A DNA stretch of 64,000 nt, taken from IMG/VR virus record IMGVR_UViG_3300042453_003546; one strand, 5' to 3'. The notes under the pieces were generated by a model. That model had not been told where the DNA came from. It did not search any database and saw only the letters and a program-made list of their open reading frames with translations. Positions 58,844-64,000 of the stretch are shown here, in pieces (the first letter of the stretch is position 1; every line of letters starts with the position of its first letter). The translations under genes were made by a program, and so were the position numbers. This DNA is from an uncultured virus (IMG/VR IMGVR_UViG_3300042453_003546) (Duplodnaviria > Heunggongvirae > Uroviricota > Caudoviricetes).

Positions 58844-59592
58844 TGTTTAAAAGTTTGTGCTATGTTTTTGATTAGATCAGCTTCCTGATTAAAATTACCT
58901 AAAACCACCTCTTGATCATAATCCTGAAACGTAAGGTCTCCATTTTGATAGTCTATAGCGTATGGCTCTCCGTTTAGATAAACGTCAAATTCATAATGCT
59001 CAGTACCCACTTGATTATACTCTATATCCTGTGGTGTTACTTGTATTCCAGCTTTTTTGAATAGTTGCTCTAGTTTAGCCTTCACACTTGATGCAGCAAG
59101 TTCTTTTAAATTTGCAAGTTTGCGTGCTTTTTTACTAACTTCTGCTAATCTATTGTTTATTTTTAAAATAGCCTCATTTGTACGTTTCCAATATACTGAA
59201 TTATCAAGAGCCGATTCTTGTTTTAATTTTATACTATGATCCAATGATCTTGATATTTCACGAAGCATCTTATTTACTTCAAGAACTTTTTTGTTAACTT
59301 TTTGTATCTCACTTACTGTACTATCTTGCTTAAAGGCTTTATAGCTTACCTCATGTATTTTTATTGAATGCTTGTTTGTTTTTGGAGCTTTCTCCGAATA
59401 TGCGAACTGATCATCTTCATAATCAAAACTTTCAGCTCCTTCACCACCTTCCTTTCCAGTGAATGCAGCTGGTGTTTGATAACCAGGAACTCCAGCAGTA
59501 GTACTACCTTCATTTTTAAGCTTTTTTGACTGCTCTCTCACATAAAGTTTTAACTCAGCGAGTTCTTTTTTTGTTAGCTTTTTATTTTGCAT
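58840..59592 (-). CDS. Head-assembly hypothetical protein
   Basis: TAGVPGYQTPAAF; LxE sites; between the portal and protease genes. Confidence 0.55.
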   Translation of the reverse strand: MQNKKLTKKELAELKLYVREQSKKLKNEGSTTAGVPGYQTPAAFTGKEGGEGAESFDYEDDQFAYSEKAPKTNKHSIKIHEVSYKAFKQDSTVSEIQKVNKKVLEVNKMLREISRSLDHSIKLKQESALDNSVYWKRTNEAILKINNRLAEVSKKARKLANLKELAASSVKAKLEQLFKKAGIQVTPQDIEYNQVGTEHYEFDVYLNGEPYAIDYQNGDLTFQDYDQEVVLGNFNQEADLIKNIAQTFKQ

Positions 59593-60439
59593 ATTTTAGC
59601 TCCTTTAGCAATTCATGGTAAAGTAGTAGCGAGAGCACATGATCCTCTTTTACTGTTTTAATTTTTTCCAACTTACCAACTAAATTACAGACCTCATTCA
59701 ACTTGATAGCTGTTACTTGGTCACTGACGTTGGGTATGTGTTTTTTAATAGCGTTATTAATTGATCTACTCTCAACTACTACAAACTCTCTTAATGTATT
59801 TGTATTTGATATATTGTTGATATATTCTTTTAAAATACTCTTTTGTTTATCTGATAGATTTGCGTACTTCTCATTAAATTTATCGATCATGAGTTTGTAA
59901 GCTAATAATCTAATCTCTTCGTCTTGTTTTAAATAATCCTGCGAGTAATTAGATACGCTCTCAGTTAGTCTATTATTGCTTTTGCGATTAAGGTGTTCAA
60001 TAATAGTAAAGCGACTTTGTACAGTTTCCGATACTTTAGATACACTCACACCTTCAAAAACACGATAAATTGAAGCATATAATTTATACTCCGATAGATT
60101 TGTCTTAAAAAAATCTTTGAGATCGTAGTGCTTTTTTACTTCACTTATGAGTTTATATTTTTGATCTCTTAGTTGTGGGATATTGAGCTTTTTACGCAAC
60201 TTAACAATTGTGTTAAGTAAGTATTCAGCTTTTTGGGAAGTGTTGTACCTTTCGTTTATTAGTGTTTGATATAGTACAAGCTCCCTTGCGAGAATAGAAT
60301 CCGCTTTAAAATACTCCTTAATAATAAGCAAAGCTGGAGACTTCTCGACACCCTTTATCGTGTCCGCTGCAACTTGGCGGGTTAACAATTCAAAAAGAAT
60401 TGCTGTGTTCTTGATTTTTGAGTGTGTTGATTTCTTCAT
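59582..60439 (-). CDS. Head-assembly hypothetical protein
   Basis: HSKIKNTAILFELLTRQ...; directly after the portal gene. Confidence 0.6.
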   Translation of the reverse strand: MKKSTHSKIKNTAILFELLTRQVAADTIKGVEKSPALLIIKEYFKADSILARELVLYQTLINERYNTSQKAEYLLNTIVKLRKKLNIPQLRDQKYKLISEVKKHYDLKDFFKTNLSEYKLYASIYRVFEGVSVSKVSETVQSRFTIIEHLNRKSNNRLTESVSNYSQDYLKQDEEIRLLAYKLMIDKFNEKYANLSDKQKSILKEYINNISNTNTLREFVVVESRSINNAIKKHIPNVSDQVTAIKLNEVCNLVGKLEKIKTVKEDHVLSLLLYHELLKELKYAK

Positions 60440-60464
60440 TTAATAATAAATATGTCGGTTTAAG

Positions 60465-62312
60465 TTATTCCTCTTGTAAAATGTTACGCTCGTCTAATAA
60501 ATTAAAATCCTCATTATCAGCAGATCCAAAAGTTTCCTTGATTGCTGCTTTCTTTCTATCAATCTCTTTGACTAAATTTTCCGATAACACTTTTTTCTTA
60601 GAACCTTCATAAACCTTACGTATAGCTTTATTTCCTAATGGATCCCAACCAAGTGGATGTTCGTGCGTTCCGTGTGTTCCTAGCTCTTCAGGACGTCCTG
60701 CTCCTGGCCAACCTCCTGGAGGCATTTCCGAAGTTCTTTCATCATATCCTTTTGGAACACCTTTATCACCCTTATATAACTGCGCTAAATCATGTGGAGT
60801 ACCGAAAGACTGTCCTGTTTTGACTGGATCATTTCCTTCATTTTTTATTTGTTCAATACGGAATTGCTCTTTGGTATCTTGAATGATTCTATTCTGCTCA
60901 TATAAATAGTCGTTCTCTGCCATACCAAACAAGTTTTCATACACCCAAGCACGACTAAATAATTTTTTATCAACCATCTCTCCAGCAAGCGATACTTTAC
61001 TTGTCCATAATTCCACTTTTTCCTTTTCATATACTGAAGATGGAGCTGTTAAACTTAAATTAAAATCCACTAAATCTTCGTCCGTAAACCCTTGAGAGTA
61101 AAGGTGTACAATGGCTACTTTATATAATTCAGAAGTTATAATTTTTTGTACACGTTCAATTGTTCTCGCAAAACGGAAATCTTGAGAGGCTAATGTAGCC
61201 TTACCAGTAGTATCTTCTTCATACCCTAAATACGCTTTTGGAATTTTTAAAGATCCTAAAAGTCTATTTCTAAGATACTCAATATCCTGAATACTGTCAA
61301 ACTGGATACCTGCTAGTGGCTCGATTGTAGTGCCACTTTCTCCGCCACGCACCGGAAGATAAAAATCTTCGAGTAGGTTTTGCATGTTGTATTTAAGATT
61401 ATATTGACCAGTCTCAGGATCAACATAAGGTACCTTTTTCATTTTATTAATCATACCCTCCATAAACGCATCCACTTCACTTGGTGGTATGTTTCCAATA
61501 TCAATTTTGAAAACGCGTTTATCTGGAGCACGCATAATACGATGAATTAACATCGCATCTTCCATTAGAGTAATTTGTTTCCAAACCTTTCTAGTTGGTT
61601 CTATAATAGAACGTCCATAAGGCAAGAAGTTTGTATCCGTCAATAAGCGGAAATGTGCAATCTCATAATTATCGTATGTTGGTGCCTTTTCGGTACTTGC
61701 GGCTACGTGTGTAAGTGAAGACAAGGCTGAATAATCTCTTCTAAACCTAACTCGATGTGGATTTTCTGGATCGAAGTTTTCTTCACGAATCATCTCATAT
61801 GGTGAGATTGGATCTACGTTAATGATCCCAAATCCTTCTGCAATGTCAAGATGTAAGAAAAAATCTCCATACTTAATTGTGTTTCTAATCCAAGGCCATA
61901 AATTAAATTCGATATTCATTATATCGTAAAATAAGTTATGTAACACCTGCTGTACTTTTGCATTTCCAGAGTTGATTGTTAGCATATCGCCAAACTCATT
62001 CTTTGCAGTACATTCGTCAGCATATATATCCAATGCTGAGGAGATGATACTATCTGTATCCATTGCCTCATAGTCTCTAAACAACTCCAAACGAGTGTAT
62101 AGTTGTAATTGACCTGCATGATATGAGTAGCCTGGAATAGAAGAAAATAATCTTGAGAATCTGTCTATTCTTCTATTTGTGACGATGTTGCCGTCTGATT
62201 GAATTCTTGCTGTGTCTATGACCTTTAGTTGATTACCACCCACATTACGAATAATTACATCCGTACTGAATAGTTTTCTTAATCTACTAAAAAGTGTTTT
62301 GTTTTCGGCCAT
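60465..62312 (-). CDS. Portal protein (T4 gp20-like)
   Basis: LMEDAMLIHRIMRAPDKRVFKIDIGN, EDFYLP and LKIPKAYL. Confidence 0.93.
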   Translation of the reverse strand: MAENKTLFSRLRKLFSTDVIIRNVGGNQLKVIDTARIQSDGNIVTNRRIDRFSRLFSSIPGYSYHAGQLQLYTRLELFRDYEAMDTDSIISSALDIYADECTAKNEFGDMLTINSGNAKVQQVLHNLFYDIMNIEFNLWPWIRNTIKYGDFFLHLDIAEGFGIINVDPISPYEMIREENFDPENPHRVRFRRDYSALSSLTHVAASTEKAPTYDNYEIAHFRLLTDTNFLPYGRSIIEPTRKVWKQITLMEDAMLIHRIMRAPDKRVFKIDIGNIPPSEVDAFMEGMINKMKKVPYVDPETGQYNLKYNMQNLLEDFYLPVRGGESGTTIEPLAGIQFDSIQDIEYLRNRLLGSLKIPKAYLGYEEDTTGKATLASQDFRFARTIERVQKIITSELYKVAIVHLYSQGFTDEDLVDFNLSLTAPSSVYEKEKVELWTSKVSLAGEMVDKKLFSRAWVYENLFGMAENDYLYEQNRIIQDTKEQFRIEQIKNEGNDPVKTGQSFGTPHDLAQLYKGDKGVPKGYDERTSEMPPGGWPGAGRPEELGTHGTHEHPLGWDPLGNKAIRKVYEGSKKKVLSENLVKEIDRKKAAIKETFGSADNEDFNLLDERNILQEE

Positions 62313-62342
62313 TAGTGTTTATTTATAAATAGTCTTGAAAGT

Positions 62343-63914
62343 TTATATAAGCCAATTAAGGTCCTCACTATTGCCTTTTTGATCTTGCATCTGCCATGGA
62401 TTATTATCCATTCTTGGTTTGTAAATTGTTGCTGACGATTTAATTCCTGATAAGGCAGCTCTGTTGATTTCAATTCCTGCCTGTCTAAGTTTTAAAGCCG
62501 TATCTCTAACCCACAAACCTTGAGCAAAACTCATTACCAAGTCGTCATTATACCCTTGTGCTGCTTCTGCCCTACCGTTTTTCCAAATGAATACAAAAAG
62601 TTCGTCTAGTAATCGCTTACTTCTAATAGTACAGCTTTTTTCACGTATATACAACTCCATCTTAGATATAACTAACGGTCTAGTTTTATGGCTCATTGTA
62701 AATCCTGCAACCATATCGGTCTTGCTTGTGAGATCATACCCCTTTGTTAAAAACTTATCGGAGTCAAGTACATCATTCTTGTATGTGTAATATAGGTTTG
62801 AATAACCCCTGTCGATTATCTGTTGTATTGTTGCCCAACCCACATTAGCATTCTCTGGTACAAGTAGTGCATCGTTATATTCTGTTGCTACTGCCACAAG
62901 CAAATTACCAAAATCCTTTGTCGTTAGCTGACCTTTATATTCGGCCACTTGTCTACACGACTCAACTTCCATTACATGAAATGCCGAATAATCGCTTCCA
63001 TCACCTCTTGCAACGTCCGCTGTTAGTATATAGTTTTTAGTGTAGTCGGGAACTTCCCAAATCCACAAATTATTATCAAACCCTCTTTTTTCTAAAGGCT
63101 CTTGTACGAATGTTTGACTATAATATGCTACTAATTCTGGAGAAACAACTGTATTACCCGAAGTACTAAAATCACAATCACACTCCTGTGCTGCTAATCT
63201 AAGCCCCAATTCGGCATCTTGCCTATCTCTCCATTCTTGATTACGTTCTGGATGTACTTGCCATGGAAGTCTTAAAGTTTTAAACTTGTTTTCACCTCCT
63301 TCTGCCTTTGTCCACATTTTATGGAAAAAGTTACCAGTACCATTTGGTGTTGATAATAATATACCTTGACCCCCAGTAGATAATGTTTGTTGTAGTGATG
63401 CCCATAATTCTTCAGCTCCATCTACGAATGCAGCCTCGTCTATAATGACTAGTGATAATGCTTCCGAACGTCCTGATGTTCCAGTACTTGATACAGCTTT
63501 AATTTGTGATCCATTTGACAGACGAATGGAGAGTTTATTGCTCTCCACAGCTTTTATCTTTAGCCAACTTGGTAAGTGTTCAAACATTACCTTAACCTTT
63601 GTCACAAGGTTTTTAGACGTGTTTTGATCAATCGCTACAACCAAGCAGTTTTTGTCATTTTGGAATAGTATCATCCATAACGCATACCCTGCTATCAAAG
63701 TTGAGATACCTAACTGTCTAGATTTTAAAATAATTACCCTGTCGTTTTCTTGAAACTCAAACAGAGTATCTTCTTGGTATGGGTATAAGTGGAAGGGAAT
63801 TTTACCTTTGGTTGGGTGCTGAATCATACAATATTTTTTCATAAAGTATGATGCTGATTTAGCACATTTTACATATTCCTCACGAATAATGTCTTTTAAG
63901 CTTTTTTCTTGCAT
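62343..63914 (-). CDS. Terminase large subunit (T4 gp17-like)
   Basis: KSRQLGIST, IIDEAAF, STPNG, ADVARG and GYNDDLVMS; start likely MQEKSL at 63914. Confidence 0.95.
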   Translation of the reverse strand: MQEKSLKDIIREEYVKCAKSASYFMKKYCMIQHPTKGKIPFHLYPYQEDTLFEFQENDRVIILKSRQLGISTLIAGYALWMILFQNDKNCLVVAIDQNTSKNLVTKVKVMFEHLPSWLKIKAVESNKLSIRLSNGSQIKAVSSTGTSGRSEALSLVIIDEAAFVDGAEELWASLQQTLSTGGQGILLSTPNGTGNFFHKMWTKAEGGENKFKTLRLPWQVHPERNQEWRDRQDAELGLRLAAQECDCDFSTSGNTVVSPELVAYYSQTFVQEPLEKRGFDNNLWIWEVPDYTKNYILTADVARGDGSDYSAFHVMEVESCRQVAEYKGQLTTKDFGNLLVAVATEYNDALLVPENANVGWATIQQIIDRGYSNLYYTYKNDVLDSDKFLTKGYDLTSKTDMVAGFTMSHKTRPLVISKMELYIREKSCTIRSKRLLDELFVFIWKNGRAEAAQGYNDDLVMSFAQGLWVRDTALKLRQAGIEINRAALSGIKSSATIYKPRMDNNPWQMQDQKGNSEDLNWLI

Positions 63915-63924
63915 ATGTAACCTT

Positions 63925-64000
63925 TTAGCGTAATAAGAATCCAACTATGGTTGTGATCGTAACAACACCAACCGAAATTCCTAAAAACTTGACTGTTCTC
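63925..64000 (-). CDS. C-terminal end of an upstream membrane-anchored protein (partial)
   Basis: Manual translation ...RTVKFLGISVGVVTITTIVGFLLR-stop. Confidence 0.5.
   Translation of the reverse strand, partial: RTVKFLGISVGVVTITTIVGFLLR

Noticed and set aside
26..63627. All plus-strand ORFs in the track (e.g. 35440-35988, 54369-54818, 34597-35019)
   Set aside because: They are antisense shadows of well-supported minus-strand genes, with no recognisable motifs or expression signals.
63870..63914. Terminase N-terminus SLKDIIREE resembles the shared leader
   Set aside because: It continues into the conserved EY.KC terminase helix and lacks the terminal LxE; probably coincidental.
1..64000. 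Stop-codon reassignment
   Set aside because: Core genes are full length in the standard code, and TAA, TAG and TGA all serve as stops.

Overview
A 64 kb, AT-rich segment of a large lytic myovirus. The head and tail module is T4-like, but the DNA polymerases are family A. Essentially every gene is on the minus strand and reads in the standard genetic code. Reading right to left, the window contains: terminase, portal, prohead core/protease/scaffold, major capsid, PhoH, neck, fibres, three Gly-rich paralogs, sheath, tube, tail chaperone, tape measure and baseplate; a replication block (divergent second PolA, SSB, RecA/UvsX, RNase H, helicase, class II RNR, dUTPase); a 7-deazaguanine DNA-modification cluster (queD, queE, QueD-like DpdL candidate, kinase, folE, TGT/DpdA-like) next to the main PolA; then Hsp20/GroES/GroEL, lysins and a glycosyltransferase. 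Many TTG-N20-TAnnTTTA promoters and the near-absence of Shine-Dalgarno sites suggest a Bacteroidota host (inference). The most notable patterns are: (1) at least 8 dispersed genes share an N-terminal leader (MKxSxL/FKxLIREEIxKVLxE) fused to mostly unrelated cargo, including an ADP-ribosyltransferase-like domain, which looks like a modular capsid-targeting and effector-injection system; (2) a predicted 7-deazaguanine pathway that may act at the nucleotide level; (3) a putative late promoter, TATTTATA, that is the reverse complement of the T4 late promoter and lies in the loops of hairpins occluding two homing-endonuclease start regions; (4) a -2/+1 frameshift signal in the tail chaperone; (5) a second PolA lacking the steric-gate Glu. 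All calls come from visual motif recognition. No database searches were run.
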